In this document: positions 40,240 through 50,152 of the stretch, piece by piece
How the letters are laid out: the number at the start of each line of letters is the position of its first letter
Position numbering within the stretch: position 1 is the first letter of the stretch
Notes under the pieces: generated by a model
What the model saw: the letters and a program-made list of their open reading frames with translations, nothing else
Databases searched by the model: none
What the model was told of the DNA's origin: nothing
NCBI GenBank assembly: GCA_964647275.1
Contig: CAZYFY010000005.1
Coordinates: 46,723 to 110,722, forward strand
DNA length: 64,000 nucleotides
DNA from: an uncultured Brevundimonas sp.
GTDB taxonomy: Bacteria; Pseudomonadota; Alphaproteobacteria; Caulobacterales; Caulobacteraceae
Reading direction: 5' to 3'
Translations under genes and position numbers: made by a program

Positions 40240-42741
40240 ATGGCTGAACGGGATTTCGTGGCCGCGACAAAGCGACTGTTTTCCAAGATTGGCGACGGGC
40301 TGGCAGCGGAAGGCAGAGCCCTTCGCGAGACGCGAACCACCAACATCTGGCTGAAGATCTTCGGCGGACTGCTCGTCCTGATTGGGCTGCCGCTCCTGAT
40401 CGGGGGCGTCTATCTGATGAGCCTCGGCGGGTCCTGGTATTATGTATTCGCTGGTTTCGGCCTGTGCTTGTCAGGGGTCTACCTCTTCCGCGGCCTGATG
40501 ACCGGGGTGTGGATCTACCTGGTGGTCCTCCTTGTGACCCTGCTGTGGGCTTTTGCCGAGGTGGGTCTGGCATTCTGGGCCCTGGTGCCTCGTCTGGTCG
40601 CGCCCCTTTTCCTGGGCGGAGTGGCCCTGCTCCTGGTGCCGCTGATTCAGCCGTCCGCCCGCCGCCCCGGCAAGACCCTTCCGTTCACAATGGCCGGAGC
40701 CGCCCTGCTGGCGGGCTTTGTCGCCTACATGGCCATGATGTTCAGCCCGCACGGCGTCGTCAGCAACCCCGTCCAGATCGCGGCCGGTCAGACCAGCCCG
40801 ACAACGGTCGCGGCCGGTAATGACTGGTATTCCTATGGTCGAACCGGCGAAGGCACCCGCTACGCGCCCTTCGATCAGATCAATCGCGACAATGTCGCCA
40901 ACCTTGAAGTCGCCTGGACAGCGCGAACCGGCTTCATCGCCGACCAGTCACAGCACCTGCAGGATCAGAACACCCCCCTGTATGTCGACGGCACCCTTTA
41001 TCAGTGTGCCTCAGGCAGCCAGGTTACGGCACTGGATGGAACGACCGGCCAGATCCGTTGGCAGTTTGACCCCGAGGCGACCCAGAACTCCCCCTACTGG
41101 AAGCGTTGCCGGACGCTAGGATATTACGATCCGGGTCCACAGGATGCCTGTGGCCCGCGCGTTGTTCTGACGACAGTGGACAGCCGCCTGATTTCGCTAC
41201 GGGCATCGGACGGTCGCGTCTGTGAGAGCTTCGGCACGAACGGCACGGTGAACCTCAGCGTCGGTATGGATCAGTGGGTTCCGGGTGATCCGCTCAACAG
41301 GAACCAGACCATCGCTCCGTTGCCCGGATATGTGGTGCAGACGACCGGGCCGTTCGTGGCCGGGAACCGTATCGTCCTCGGCGGCTGGGTGGCCGACAAC
41401 GTCAGCCTGGGCGAGCCGTCCGGCGTCGTGCGTGCCTTCGATGCCCTGACCGGGCAGCAGGTCTGGGCCTGGGACCTGGGCAACCCGGCGATCACCAACC
41501 TTCCGCCCGAAGGTCAGAGCTATACGCAAGGCACGCCCAACGTCTGGTCGGCCATGGCCTTCGATCTTGACCTGAACATGATCTACCTGCCGCTCGGCAA
41601 CGCCACGCCGGACTATTACGGCGGGATGCGACGCGACTTCGACGATGAATACAATTCTTCGATCGTGGCTCTGAACCTGGATACAGGCCGCGAGGTCTGG
41701 CACTTCAATACCGTGCACCACGACATCTGGGACTACGATGTGCCGTCTCAGCCTGCGCTGGCAGAGGTCCCGGACGGAGCCGGTGGCACAATTCCGGCGG
41801 TGATCCAAACCACCAAGCGCGGACAGATCTTCGTGCTGGATCGCCGGACCGGTGAGCCGGTCCGTACCGTTGTCGAGCGACCGGTCCCCGCCGGCGACGG
41901 CACGGCGAGCGGTGAATACTATTCACCGACACAGCCCTATTCGACGGGCATGGCCGCGATCAGCGCCGACCCGCTCAGCGAAACCCAGATGTGGGGGGCT
42001 ACACCGCTGGACCAGATGCTGTGCCGTATCCTGTTCCGCCAGCATCTCTACACCGGCGACTTCACCCCCCAGTCAGTACGGGGCTCAATCATCTATCCCG
42101 GCAATAATGGCGGCGGAAACTGGGGCAGCGCCTCTGTGGACCAGGGACGCAATATCGTCGTCACGGCCGATATGCGAATGCCGGTCATTTCTCGGCTGAT
42201 ACCGCGTGACCAGTTCCGTCGCGAGAATCCTGGTTTCGCCGGCGATCCCCACGGCGAACTGTCGCCACAGTTCGGCCTGCCGTTTGCAAACTCGGTGGTC
42301 AACTTCATGTCACCGATCGGCATTCCCTGCCTGGAGCCGCCCTGGGGCAGCGTCACGGCTGTCGACCTGAACAGCGGTCAGATGGTGTGGCAGCAACCCG
42401 CCGGGACGTCGCTGGACGTAACCTTCCCGGGCCTCGGCCTGCAGTCTCCGATCGCCTTCTATGTCGGCATGCCGGCTCTGGGCGGGCCGATCACCACCGG
42501 TGGCGGGGTCACCTTCCACGGCGGCACCCAGGACTACTTCCTGCGCGCCTACGATACTGAAACCGGAAGGCTGTTGTGGCGGGGACGTCTGCCTTCGGGT
42601 GCCCAGTCGACACCGATGACCTACATCGGCCCGGACGGCCGGCAGTACATCGTCATCACCGCGGGCGGTGCCCGCTACAACCCGAACGACTGGGGTGACT
42701 ACATCGTCGCCTTTGCCCTGCCGCGGCAGAACGAGGGATAG
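40240..42741 (+). CDS. Membrane-bound PQQ-dependent dehydrogenase (glucose/quinate/shikimate family)
   Basis: Five N-terminal TM helices followed by a PQQ beta-propeller (repeated W-containing blades, DIWDYD, GGGNWG). Confidence 0.85.
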   Translation: MAERDFVAATKRLFSKIGDGLAAEGRALRETRTTNIWLKIFGGLLVLIGLPLLIGGVYLMSLGGSWYYVFAGFGLCLSGVYLFRGLMTGVWIYLVVLLVTLLWAFAEVGLAFWALVPRLVAPLFLGGVALLLVPLIQPSARRPGKTLPFTMAGAALLAGFVAYMAMMFSPHGVVSNPVQIAAGQTSPTTVAAGNDWYSYGRTGEGTRYAPFDQINRDNVANLEVAWTARTGFIADQSQHLQDQNTPLYVDGTLYQCASGSQVTALDGTTGQIRWQFDPEATQNSPYWKRCRTLGYYDPGPQDACGPRVVLTTVDSRLISLRASDGRVCESFGTNGTVNLSVGMDQWVPGDPLNRNQTIAPLPGYVVQTTGPFVAGNRIVLGGWVADNVSLGEPSGVVRAFDALTGQQVWAWDLGNPAITNLPPEGQSYTQGTPNVWSAMAFDLDLNMIYLPLGNATPDYYGGMRRDFDDEYNSSIVALNLDTGREVWHFNTVHHDIWDYDVPSQPALAEVPDGAGGTIPAVIQTTKRGQIFVLDRRTGEPVRTVVERPVPAGDGTASGEYYSPTQPYSTGMAAISADPLSETQMWGATPLDQMLCRILFRQHLYTGDFTPQSVRGSIIYPGNNGGGNWGSASVDQGRNIVVTADMRMPVISRLIPRDQFRRENPGFAGDPHGELSPQFGLPFANSVVNFMSPIGIPCLEPPWGSVTAVDLNSGQMVWQQPAGTSLDVTFPGLGLQSPIAFYVGMPALGGPITTGGGVTFHGGTQDYFLRAYDTETGRLLWRGRLPSGAQSTPMTYIGPDGRQYIVITAGGARYNPNDWGDYIVAFALPRQNEG

Positions 42742-42752
42742 GACCGGGCCCT

Positions 42753-42794
42753 GTGCCGCTCAGCCTGGCGACAGGCCATACAGCTGAGCGGCAC
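42753..42794. terminator. Candidate bidirectional terminator hairpin between convergent PQQ dehydrogenase and ratA-like gene
   Basis: GTGCCGCTCAGC (42753-42764) pairs with GCTGAGCGGCAC (42783-42794): 12-bp perfect stem, 18-nt loop. No clear U-tract, and it overlaps the ratA-like 3' codons. Confidence 0.35.
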
Positions 42795-43218
42795 GCTGTT
42801 CGAAACAGCCGATCAGCCGGTTCGCGGCGCGATCAAAATTCGCCTGCAGAACCTTGTCGAGGATCTTCGACCGGAACTCGAAATCGATGAAGAACTCGAC
42901 CCGCGTTCCCGCGTCATCGGGAACGAAAGACCATTCGTTTCTGAGATGCCTGAACGGCCCTCGGATCAGCCTGACCTCTATCAGCCGCCGATTGCTGTCC
43001 CGCTTCACCGAGGTCGCAAACCGCTCCTTGATCATGGCGAATCCGACCTGGGCCTCCGCGTCCAGCTCGGTCACGCCCGGTGCCGTCTCGCGCTCGTTCC
43101 ACACCCGGATCGACGAGATCCACGGCACGAACTCGGGATAGGCGCGTACACCCCCGACGAGAGCAAACAGCTCGTCAGGGCGATAGGGCAAAATGCGGGT
43201 GACGCGGTGGACAGCCAA
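42760..43218 (-). CDS. SRPBCC RatA/COQ10-like protein (annotated in databases as type II toxin RatA family)
   Basis: TTG start. RILPYRPDELFALVGGVRAYPEFVPW...FEFRS. Classic position next to lipA. Confidence 0.75.
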   Translation of the reverse strand: MAVHRVTRILPYRPDELFALVGGVRAYPEFVPWISSIRVWNERETAPGVTELDAEAQVGFAMIKERFATSVKRDSNRRLIEVRLIRGPFRHLRNEWSFVPDDAGTRVEFFIDFEFRSKILDKVLQANFDRAANRLIGCFEQRAAQLYGLSPG

Positions 43219-43229
43219 GAGAAGGTTCC

Positions 43230-43314
43230 AGGGACTAGGTTTTAGGGGTTAGGGAAACTGTTGTGGCGGTTGGCGGTGAGTTCCCTAGAACCTAGTCCCT
43301 AGAACCTAGTCCCT
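43230..43314. repeat. CTAG-rich inverted/tandem repeat (AGGGACTAGGTTyTAGGG motif: one forward, two reverse copies)
   Basis: Forward copy 43230-43248. Reverse copies CCCTAGAACCTAGTCCCT at 43283-43300 and 43297-43314, forming a 14-bp tandem unit. Confidence 0.8.
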
Positions 43315-44254
43315 CCCTGGCCGCCTTGAGCCGCGCAAAATCATCGCCCGCGTGGTGCGACGACCGCGTCAGCGGACTGGCCGACACCATCAGAAAGCCC
43401 TTGGCGCGCGCGATGGCCTCATAGGCCTTGAACTCGTCCGGCTCGACGAAGCGATCCACCGGCGCGTGCTTGCGGGTCGGGGCCAGATACTGGCCGATGG
43501 TGATGAAATCGACATTGGCCGCACGCATGTCGTCCATGACCTGCATCACCTCTTCCTTCGTCTCGCCCAGACCGACCATCAGGCCGGACTTGGTGAACTG
43601 GTTCGGATCGCGCTCCTTGACCATCTGCAACAGACGCAAGGAATGGAAGTAGCGCGCGCCGGGCCGGATCTTCAGATACAGCCGCGGCACCGTCTCCAGA
43701 TTGTGATTGAAGACGTCAGGCTTGGCATCGATCATCACCTCAGCCGCCCCATCCTTCCTCAGGAAATCGGGCGTCAGGATTTCGATGGTCGTATTCGGTG
43801 CCTGCAGGCGGATCTGGCGCACCACCTCGGCGAAATGCGCGGCCCCGCCGTCGGCAACATCATCCCGGTCGACGCTGGTGATGACGACGTGCTTCAGATC
43901 CATCTGCTGCACGGCCAGGCCGACCTTGCCCGGCTCTTCCGGGTCCAGCGGTTGCGGCAGGCCGGTCTTGACGTTGCAGAAGGCGCAGGCCCGCGTGCAG
44001 GTGTCGCCCATGATCATCAGGGTCGCGTGCTTCTGGCTCCAGCACTCCCCGATGTTCGGACACGCCGCCTCTTCACAAACGGTGTGCAGGCCCTTTTCTT
44101 TCACAATGGCGCGCGTGGCGTTGTACTGACCCGAACCGGGGGCCTTGACCCGCAGCCAGTCGGGCTTGCGCAGGACCGGCGCTTCGGGCCGGTTCTGTTT
44201 TTCCGGGTGGCGCAGCGGCTGGCGCGGCGACAGATTGTCGATCAGGGTGACCAT
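43292..44254 (-). CDS. lipA: Lipoyl synthase
   Basis: [12 protein letters not shown] and radical-SAM CTRACAFC clusters. The last eight codons (REGLGSRD) are encoded by the CTAG-rich repeat. Confidence 0.95.
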   Translation of the reverse strand: MVTLIDNLSPRQPLRHPEKQNRPEAPVLRKPDWLRVKAPGSGQYNATRAIVKEKGLHTVCEEAACPNIGECWSQKHATLMIMGDTCTRACAFCNVKTGLPQPLDPEEPGKVGLAVQQMDLKHVVITSVDRDDVADGGAAHFAEVVRQIRLQAPNTTIEILTPDFLRKDGAAEVMIDAKPDVFNHNLETVPRLYLKIRPGARYFHSLRLLQMVKERDPNQFTKSGLMVGLGETKEEVMQVMDDMRAANVDFITIGQYLAPTRKHAPVDRFVEPDEFKAYEAIARAKGFLMVSASPLTRSSHHAGDDFARLKAAREGLGSRD

Positions 44255-44315
44255 CGGGCGCTATGTCGTCTTTCGCGCGCTGGAAGGCAAGGCGTGACAT
44301 CTCAGGAACCAGCCC

Positions 44316-45155
44316 ATGATCGATCCGATGATTTCGACCGACGAACTGTCCCGACGCCTGGGCGAGCCGGACCTGAGGATCGTCGACGCGACCTGGAACC
44401 TCGACGGCTCCGATGCCCTTGCCCCGTTCGAGGCGGCGCACATTCCCGGTGCCGTGTTCTTCGACATTGATGCCGTGTCCGATCCCGACACCGACCTGCC
44501 CCATATGTTACCGACACCTGACGCCTTCGCCCAGGTCGTGTCCCGGCTTGGCATTGGCAGTCATAGCGAGGTCGTCGTCTATGACCAGATCGGCATCCGT
44601 TCGGCACCGCGCCTGTGGTGGACCTTTCGCACCTTCGGCCATGATCGCGTCCGGGTTCTCGATGGGGGTTTGCCGGCCTGGCTGGCCGCAGATCGCCCGG
44701 TTGAAGCCGGTCCCGCCGCGCCCGCACCGCCGGCGGATTTCAGGGCGACCTACCGCCCGGCCCTGGTTCGCGCCGTCGACCAGATCCTTCCTGAGCTCAA
44801 GGCGGGACGGCAGCTGCTCGATGCCCGGCCCGCCGCCCGTTTTCGAGGCGAGGCCCCTGAGCCCCGCCCCGGTCTGCGTGGTGGCCGCATTCCGGGGTCG
44901 CGCAATATCCCCTTTCTCAACGTCCTGACCCCGGAAGGCTTGCTGCGCCCGACAGAAGATCTGCGCGACCTGTTCGAGGCTGCGGGCATCGACCCAATGG
45001 GCGACCTCACCACGACCTGCGGCTCCGGCATGACCGCCGCCATCCTCGCCCTGGCCGCCGCACGTGCGGGAAACTGGAACGTGGCGGTCTATGACGGGTC
45101 ATGGGCGGAATGGGGTGCCAACGCCTCGCTCCCGCTCGCAACAGGGCCAGCCTGA
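44316..45155 (+). CDS. sseA: 3-mercaptopyruvate sulfurtransferase (tandem rhodanese)
   Basis: Two rhodanese domains with active-site loop CGSGMTAA. Confidence 0.85.
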   Translation: MIDPMISTDELSRRLGEPDLRIVDATWNLDGSDALAPFEAAHIPGAVFFDIDAVSDPDTDLPHMLPTPDAFAQVVSRLGIGSHSEVVVYDQIGIRSAPRLWWTFRTFGHDRVRVLDGGLPAWLAADRPVEAGPAAPAPPADFRATYRPALVRAVDQILPELKAGRQLLDARPAARFRGEAPEPRPGLRGGRIPGSRNIPFLNVLTPEGLLRPTEDLRDLFEAAGIDPMGDLTTTCGSGMTAAILALAAARAGNWNVAVYDGSWAEWGANASLPLATGPA

Positions 45156-45169
45156 CCGGTAAGGTGCGC

Positions 45170-45451
45170 TTCCACTGTCTACCAATCCTCGTCCACTTTG
45201 AGCGTGTAATCTCGCCCTTCTGATACCCGGTCGGCGCGATCAGACCCGCCCTTCATGCCCGCCCATGTCCGCCGGGTTAGGATATCTGACAGTCCCGGCT
45301 GATGTCTTGCCTAGGGCCTGCGGTCTTTGACATTCCGACCTCTCGCGGTCCGCACGCCAGCGGCTCGCAAAATATCCGCTGACCTGGCCTGAATGCCCGT
45401 ATCCCAGGACGTGGACGCTGCGGTTTTTGGTCCACTGTGGAAACTCACTCC
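45170..45451. repeat. Dispersed ~281-bp element, copy A
   Basis: Colinear with 57384..57664 with almost no indels. Conserved blocks TTCCACyGTCTACCAATCCTCGTmCACTTT, GTGTAATCTCGCCC, TTAGGAT, GGTCTTTG and GTCCACyGTGGAAACT. Confidence 0.75.
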
Positions 45452-45460
45452 AACCGGGGC

Positions 45461-45934
45461 CTAGGTGCCGCCCCAGCCCAGCCGGTCCAGGGCCCCTTGC
45501 AGGATGAACGCCGCCGCATTCCGGTCCACCACCTCGGACCGGCGTTTGCGAGACAGATCCAGGTCTTCGACCAGAAACCGCTCGACCGCCGCCGTCGACA
45601 GACGCTCGTCCTGAAAGGTCACCAGCACAGGCCGGATCCGCTCCAGATTGCGTGCAAAGGCTCGGCACGATTGGGCGCGTGGCCCTTCGGTGCCGTCCAT
45701 GTTGAGCGGCAGCCCGATCACCAGCCCGGTCGCTCCCCGCTGATCCATCAGCTTGAACAGCCGGTTGGCATCATCGGTGAACTTGGTCTTGCGGATCACC
45801 TCGAGCGGACTGGCGATCATCCGCGTCGCATCCGAAGCAGCGACACCGATGGTCTTTTCGCCGAGGTCCAGCCCGAACCACGGCGTTCCCGCCGCGGTTT
45901 GCTCGTTCAGGGTCTCAAGGGTCAAAACGGCCAC
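45461..45934 (-). CDS. ruvX: Holliday junction resolvase-like RuvX/YqgF
   Basis: GLDLGEKTIGVA...GLVIGLPLNMDG...DERLST. Confidence 0.9.
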   Translation of the reverse strand: MAVLTLETLNEQTAAGTPWFGLDLGEKTIGVAASDATRMIASPLEVIRKTKFTDDANRLFKLMDQRGATGLVIGLPLNMDGTEGPRAQSCRAFARNLERIRPVLVTFQDERLSTAAVERFLVEDLDLSRKRRSEVVDRNAAAFILQGALDRLGWGGT

Positions 45935-46004
45935 GGCTCGCCCTAGGGCTAGCGTTCAGCCTTGTCAAAGCGCATGGTGAAGCTGTGAAGGATCGGAGCC
46001 CGCC

Positions 46005-46535
46005 ATGAAGCCAGTTCTGTTCGCAACTGCCCTGCTTCTGCTTGCCGGATGCGACGTTGGCGCTGCTCAACGCAGTCGGTCGGTTCAGGCGGCTGACCAG
46101 CAGGCCTCAAACGTCGAGCGCACACCGGTCCTGACCGCTGCCGGAGACGCGGCATCGATTGAGCCGGACAGCGATTCCTACCTCCAGTGGTCCGCTTCGG
46201 TCGTCCGCGTCGATTACCTCGAAAATCAGGGGCTTCAGCCGACCGTCAAACTGTTCGGGACGGCGGGCGGCGACCCGGCCATGAACGGCCTCTACACCCA
46301 TCTGGCGGTCTTCGCCGGGGTGGCAGACGGGTGGCGCGTTTTCCGCATCGGGGACTTCCTTGGATACCGGGTTCTGGCCGACGCCCCCGGTCGCGTGGAT
46401 CTCGAAGTCCAGGAGAGCATCCTCAATCCCGCCAATGACGAGATCACCAGCCGCACGCGCCGCCTGATCGTCACCTGGACGCCTGCCGGCCCGGATGGGG
46501 CCCCGGACGCCATTTCGGTCACGCCGGCACGTTGA
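46005..46535 (+). CDS. Hypothetical lipoprotein
   Basis: Lipobox LLLAGCDV. No other motif recognised. Confidence 0.5.
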   Translation: MKPVLFATALLLLAGCDVGAAQRSRSVQAADQQASNVERTPVLTAAGDAASIEPDSDSYLQWSASVVRVDYLENQGLQPTVKLFGTAGGDPAMNGLYTHLAVFAGVADGWRVFRIGDFLGYRVLADAPGRVDLEVQESILNPANDEITSRTRRLIVTWTPAGPDGAPDAISVTPAR

Positions 46536-46602
46536 GCGCCTTGTGATTCCATCACAGCGCCGCTAATCCCGCCGCTTCACCTTTTCGACGCTGGAGGGCC
46601 GC

Positions 46603-46890
46603 ATGGCCATCGACGCTGCGACGGTGCGCAAGGTCGCGCATCTCGCCCGGATCAAGACCCCCGAGGATCGCCTGGAGCCCCTGGCCCAGGAACTGTCGGG
46701 CATCCTGAAATGGATCGAACAACTCGACGAGGTCGACATCCAGGGCGTTGAGCCGATGACCTCCAACGTCTCCCAGCCGCTGCGCCTGCGTGACGACGTG
46801 GTCACCGACGGCGACAAGGTCGCGGCCGTCCTGTCCAATGCCCCAAAGTCCGCCGACGGCTTCTTCGTTGTGCCCAAGGTCGTCGAGTAA
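46603..46890 (+). CDS. gatC: Asp/Glu-tRNA amidotransferase subunit C
   Basis: [10 protein letters not shown]...[14 protein letters not shown]. 95 aa, directly upstream of gatA. Confidence 0.9.
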   Translation: MAIDAATVRKVAHLARIKTPEDRLEPLAQELSGILKWIEQLDEVDIQGVEPMTSNVSQPLRLRDDVVTDGDKVAAVLSNAPKSADGFFVVPKVVE

Positions 46891-46894
46891 ACCC

Positions 46895-48373
46895 ATGACC
46901 GACCTGACGAAACTGACGCTCAAGGCTGCGCTCGACGGCCTCAAGGCTCGCGACTTCTCCTCCGAAGAAATCACCCGTGCCTTCATCGCCAACATTGACG
47001 CGGCCAACCCGAAACTGAACGCCTATGTCGTTCAGACGTCCGACAAGGCACTGGACATGGCCCGCGCCTCTGACGCCCGCCTGGCCAAGGGTGAAGGGGG
47101 CGCACTCGAAGGCGCGCCGCTGGGCATCAAGGATCTGTTCTGCACTGACGGCGTCCAGACCACGGCCGGGTCGAACATGCTGCGCGGCTTCGTTCCGCCC
47201 TATGAATCCACTGTGACGGCCAACCTCTGGGCTGACGGTGCCGTCATGCTCGGCAAGCTGAACATGGACGAGTTCGCCATGGGCTCGTCCAATGAGACGT
47301 CAGCCTTCGGCCCCGTCACCAATCCCTGGAAGTCCAAGTCTTCCAACGCCGACCTCACTCCGGGGGGCAGCTCGGGTGGCTCGGCATCGGCGGTTGCGGG
47401 CGACCTGTGCCTGGCCGCTACGGCGTCCGACACCGGCGGCTCCATCCGTCAGCCCGCCGCCTTCACCGGCACCGTTGGCATCAAGCCCACCTATGGCCGC
47501 GCCAGCCGCTTTGGCATGGTCGCCTTCGCCTCGTCGCTCGATCAGGCCGGGCCGATCACCAAGACCGTCGAGGACGCCGCCATCCTGCTGCGCTCCATGT
47601 GCTCGTTCGATCCGAAGGATTCGACCAGCCTGGACATCGAGACGCCCGACTGGACCCAATCGCTGGGCAAGGGCGTCAAGGGTCTGCGCATCGGCGTGCC
47701 CAAGGAATATGTCGTCGACGGCATGCCCGCCGAGATCCAGGCCCTCTGGGACCAGGGAGTCGCCTGGCTGAAAGCCGCCGGGGCCGAGATCGTCGAGATC
47801 AGCCTGCCGCACACCAAATACGCGCTGCCGACCTACTACATCGTCGCGCCGGCTGAGGCCTCGTCGAACCTCGCCCGTTATGACGGGATGCGCTACGGCC
47901 ACCGCGCCACCGAATTCACCAGCCTGAACGACCTCTATGAGGAAAGCCGGGCCGAGGGCTTCGGCAAGGAGGTTCAGCGCCGCCTGACCATCGGGGCCTA
48001 CGTCCTTTCTGCCGGCTTCTACGACGCCTATTACGTCAAGGCGCTCAAGGTTCGCCGCCGTATCGCCCAGGACTTCGACAACGTCTGGAACAAGGTGGAC
48101 GCCATCCTCACCCCGTCGACCCCTTCCGCCGCCTTCGCGCTCGGTGACAAGCAGATCGACCCGGTGACGATGTATTTGAATGACGTTTTCACGGTGACAG
48201 CAAACCTCGCCGGCCTTCCCGGTATCTCGGTCCCCTCCGGCCTCGACAGCGGCGGCCTGCCCCTCGGCCTGCAAGTCATCGGCAAGGCGCTGGACGAAGC
48301 CACAGTCTTCCAGGTGGCCGATGCCCTCGAACAGGCAGCGGGCTTCACCGCTCGCCCCGACAAATGGTGGTAG
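46895..48373 (+). CDS. gatA: Asp/Glu-tRNA amidotransferase subunit A
   Basis: Amidase signature [12 protein letters not shown]...[10 protein letters not shown]. Start set to the ATG at 46895; the track ORF extension overlaps gatC. Confidence 0.95.
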   Translation: MTDLTKLTLKAALDGLKARDFSSEEITRAFIANIDAANPKLNAYVVQTSDKALDMARASDARLAKGEGGALEGAPLGIKDLFCTDGVQTTAGSNMLRGFVPPYESTVTANLWADGAVMLGKLNMDEFAMGSSNETSAFGPVTNPWKSKSSNADLTPGGSSGGSASAVAGDLCLAATASDTGGSIRQPAAFTGTVGIKPTYGRASRFGMVAFASSLDQAGPITKTVEDAAILLRSMCSFDPKDSTSLDIETPDWTQSLGKGVKGLRIGVPKEYVVDGMPAEIQALWDQGVAWLKAAGAEIVEISLPHTKYALPTYYIVAPAEASSNLARYDGMRYGHRATEFTSLNDLYEESRAEGFGKEVQRRLTIGAYVLSAGFYDAYYVKALKVRRRIAQDFDNVWNKVDAILTPSTPSAAFALGDKQIDPVTMYLNDVFTVTANLAGLPGISVPSGLDSGGLPLGLQVIGKALDEATVFQVADALEQAAGFTARPDKWW

Positions 48374-48375
48374 CC

Positions 48376-48873
48376 ATGCGCGCCCTCACCCTCCTCGCCC
48401 TTCCTCTCCTCCTCGCCGCCTGTCAGGGCGAGAGCCGCACGACGGCCTCCCGCGAAACCATGGTCGATGGACAGACCGTGGCGGAGGTTCAGGTCACCGA
48501 TCCCTGGTGTCGACCGACCCCGAACGGCATGACCATGACGGCCTGCTACGTCACCCTGACCTCCTCGACCGGTGACCGGCTGACGTCGATCATTTCGCCG
48601 CGCGCGGCTCAGTCGATGGCCCATGCCGTCTCCACCGAAGGCGGCGTCATGTCGATGTCCGAGATGGCCGACGGCCTCGCCCTGCCCGCCGGTCAGACCG
48701 TTTCGCTGGCCCCGGGTGGCGACCACATCATGCTGACGGGTGTGACGGTGCCGCTGGCCGAAGGCGATCTGGTGCCCCTGGCCCTGACGTTTGAATCCGG
48801 CGCGCAGATCGCCCTGGAAGCGCCTGTCCTCGCCTCTGCGCCCGGCGATGAATCGACCCACACAGGACACTAA
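48376..48873 (+). CDS. Periplasmic copper chaperone PCu(A)C (DUF461)
   Basis: Lipoprotein-like signal LLLAACQG. AYVTL-type beta-sandwich with Met/His-rich SMAHAVSTEGGVMSMSEM and GGDHIML. Confidence 0.7.
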   Translation: MRALTLLALPLLLAACQGESRTTASRETMVDGQTVAEVQVTDPWCRPTPNGMTMTACYVTLTSSTGDRLTSIISPRAAQSMAHAVSTEGGVMSMSEMADGLALPAGQTVSLAPGGDHIMLTGVTVPLAEGDLVPLALTFESGAQIALEAPVLASAPGDESTHTGH

Positions 48874-48937
48874 GGCACGGATTTTGTATCGGTAAATTTT
48901 CCGCTTGACGCAGCGCAGCATAATCCGCCACCGTTAG

Positions 48938-49063
48938 CTCACTCATCAAGACCGGCTGAGGGATAGGCCCTTTGAAGCCGGGGCAACCTTCCAGAACTTC
49001 CCAGTTCTGGAGATGGTGCCAACTCCTGCGGCGGCTGTTTCAGTCGGCGAGAGATGAGTGAAG
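48938..49063 (+). promoter_or_regulatory. SAM-I (S-box) riboswitch aptamer, leader of the metX operon
   Basis: CTCACTCATCAAGA-CCGGCTGAGGGATAGGCCCTTTGAAGCCGGGGCAACC-[CCAGAACT..AGTTCTGG]-ATGGTGCCAACTCC...GAGAGATGAGTGA matches S-box conserved blocks. P1 is 48939-48947 pairing with 49054-49062. Hairpins follow before the GTG at 49145. Confidence 0.85.
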
Positions 49064-49144
49064 GGACAGCGCGTCAAGCGCGCTGAACGCTTCACGGGTC
49101 TTCTCATCCGCTCGGGTCTTCGATGAGCGGAGATCGAGCGGCCC

Positions 49145-50152
49145 GTGACCAACCCGATTACCCCCTGCACGCCAAAGAGCCGCGACATTACCGTTGCGGT
49201 TCCCGATGGCTTCACGCTCGCCTCGGGCCAGCCGTTCGCCGGCGAGGTCCGCGCCCGCCTCGTCGGCCCTGAACACGGCCCGCTGGTGGTCGTGGGCGGC
49301 GGCATCTCGGCGGGCCATGCAGCAGCCGACACGGCGGAGACTCCCGGCTGGTGGGGCTGGGCCATCGGTGACGGTGCCCCCATCGATACCAGCCGCGTCC
49401 GCCTCCTCGCGCTGGACTGGGCTCCCGAGACGACACGCGACGAGATCGTCACCATCACCACCGCCGATCAGGCCCGCCTGCTCGTCCTCGTCCTCGATCG
49501 CCTGAACGAGCCGAGCATCGACGCCTACATCGGGGCCTCCTACGGCGGCTGCGTCGGTCTGGCCTTCGCGGAAGCCTATCCCGAGCGCATCGAGCGCCTG
49601 ATCGTCATTTCCGCAGGCCATCGCGCCCATCCCGCCGCCACGGCCTGGCGCGGCGTCCAGCGCCGTCTTCTGGCCCTCGGTCTGGACGTCGGTCGCGAGG
49701 CCGACGCCGTCGCCCTGGCCCGCCAACTGGCCATGACGACCTATCGTTCGGGCGAAGAGTTCGATGCCCGTTTCGGCGACGGTCCCTCGCCCGCCGAGGC
49801 CGGCAGCCCCTATGGCGTCTGCGACTATCTGATCGCGCGCGGTGACGCCTATCGCGACCACACCACGGCCCGCCGGTGGATCAGTCTTTCGGACTCGCTG
49901 GATCGCCATCGGGTGAATGCAGAGCGCATCCAGGCCCGGCTCACCCTCGTTGGCTTCACCTCCGACCAGCTCGTGCCACTCGCCGACATCCGCGAGCTCG
50001 CGGGACGCGTGCCCAACCTCGACCGGCTGATCGAGGCCCCGTCGCTCTATGGCCATGACGCCTTCCTGACCGAGCGAGCCGTCGTCTCCGACATCCTCCG
50101 CTCCGCCCTCAGCTCCCTCCCCGCCCCCTGTTCGCAAGAGATCGCCGCATGA
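49145..50152 (+). CDS. metX: Homoserine O-acyltransferase, MetX family
   Basis: Alpha/beta hydrolase with GASYGG nucleophile elbow. GTG start. First gene after the SAM riboswitch. Confidence 0.75.
   Translation: MTNPITPCTPKSRDITVAVPDGFTLASGQPFAGEVRARLVGPEHGPLVVVGGGISAGHAAADTAETPGWWGWAIGDGAPIDTSRVRLLALDWAPETTRDEIVTITTADQARLLVLVLDRLNEPSIDAYIGASYGGCVGLAFAEAYPERIERLIVISAGHRAHPAATAWRGVQRRLLALGLDVGREADAVALARQLAMTTYRSGEEFDARFGDGPSPAEAGSPYGVCDYLIARGDAYRDHTTARRWISLSDSLDRHRVNAERIQARLTLVGFTSDQLVPLADIRELAGRVPNLDRLIEAPSLYGHDAFLTERAVVSDILRSALSSLPAPCSQEIAA

Noticed and set aside
43283-43314. Tandem 14-bp repeat considered as a possible CRISPR or VNTR
   Set aside because: There are only two overlapping units, no spacers and no cas genes. 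It is better described as part of an inverted-repeat hairpin.
43352-44470. 372-aa plus-strand ORF
   Set aside because: It is antisense to lipA and overlaps the sseA start. It has no motifs.
45240-45668. 142-aa minus-strand ORF covering repeat copy A and part of ruvX
   Set aside because: Its upstream half overlaps ruvX out of frame. The corresponding frame in repeat copy B is interrupted by stops, so the similarity looks nucleotide-level rather than protein-level.
47300-48274. 324-aa minus-strand ORF; also 48031..48921 (296 aa)
   Set aside because: Both are antisense to gatA or the PCu(A)C gene.
48905-48926. TTGACG ... TAATCC as a sigma-70 promoter for the riboswitch
   Set aside because: The spacing between the hexamers is only ~10 nt, far from the 17-nt optimum. 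It may still be near the real promoter, but I cannot support it.
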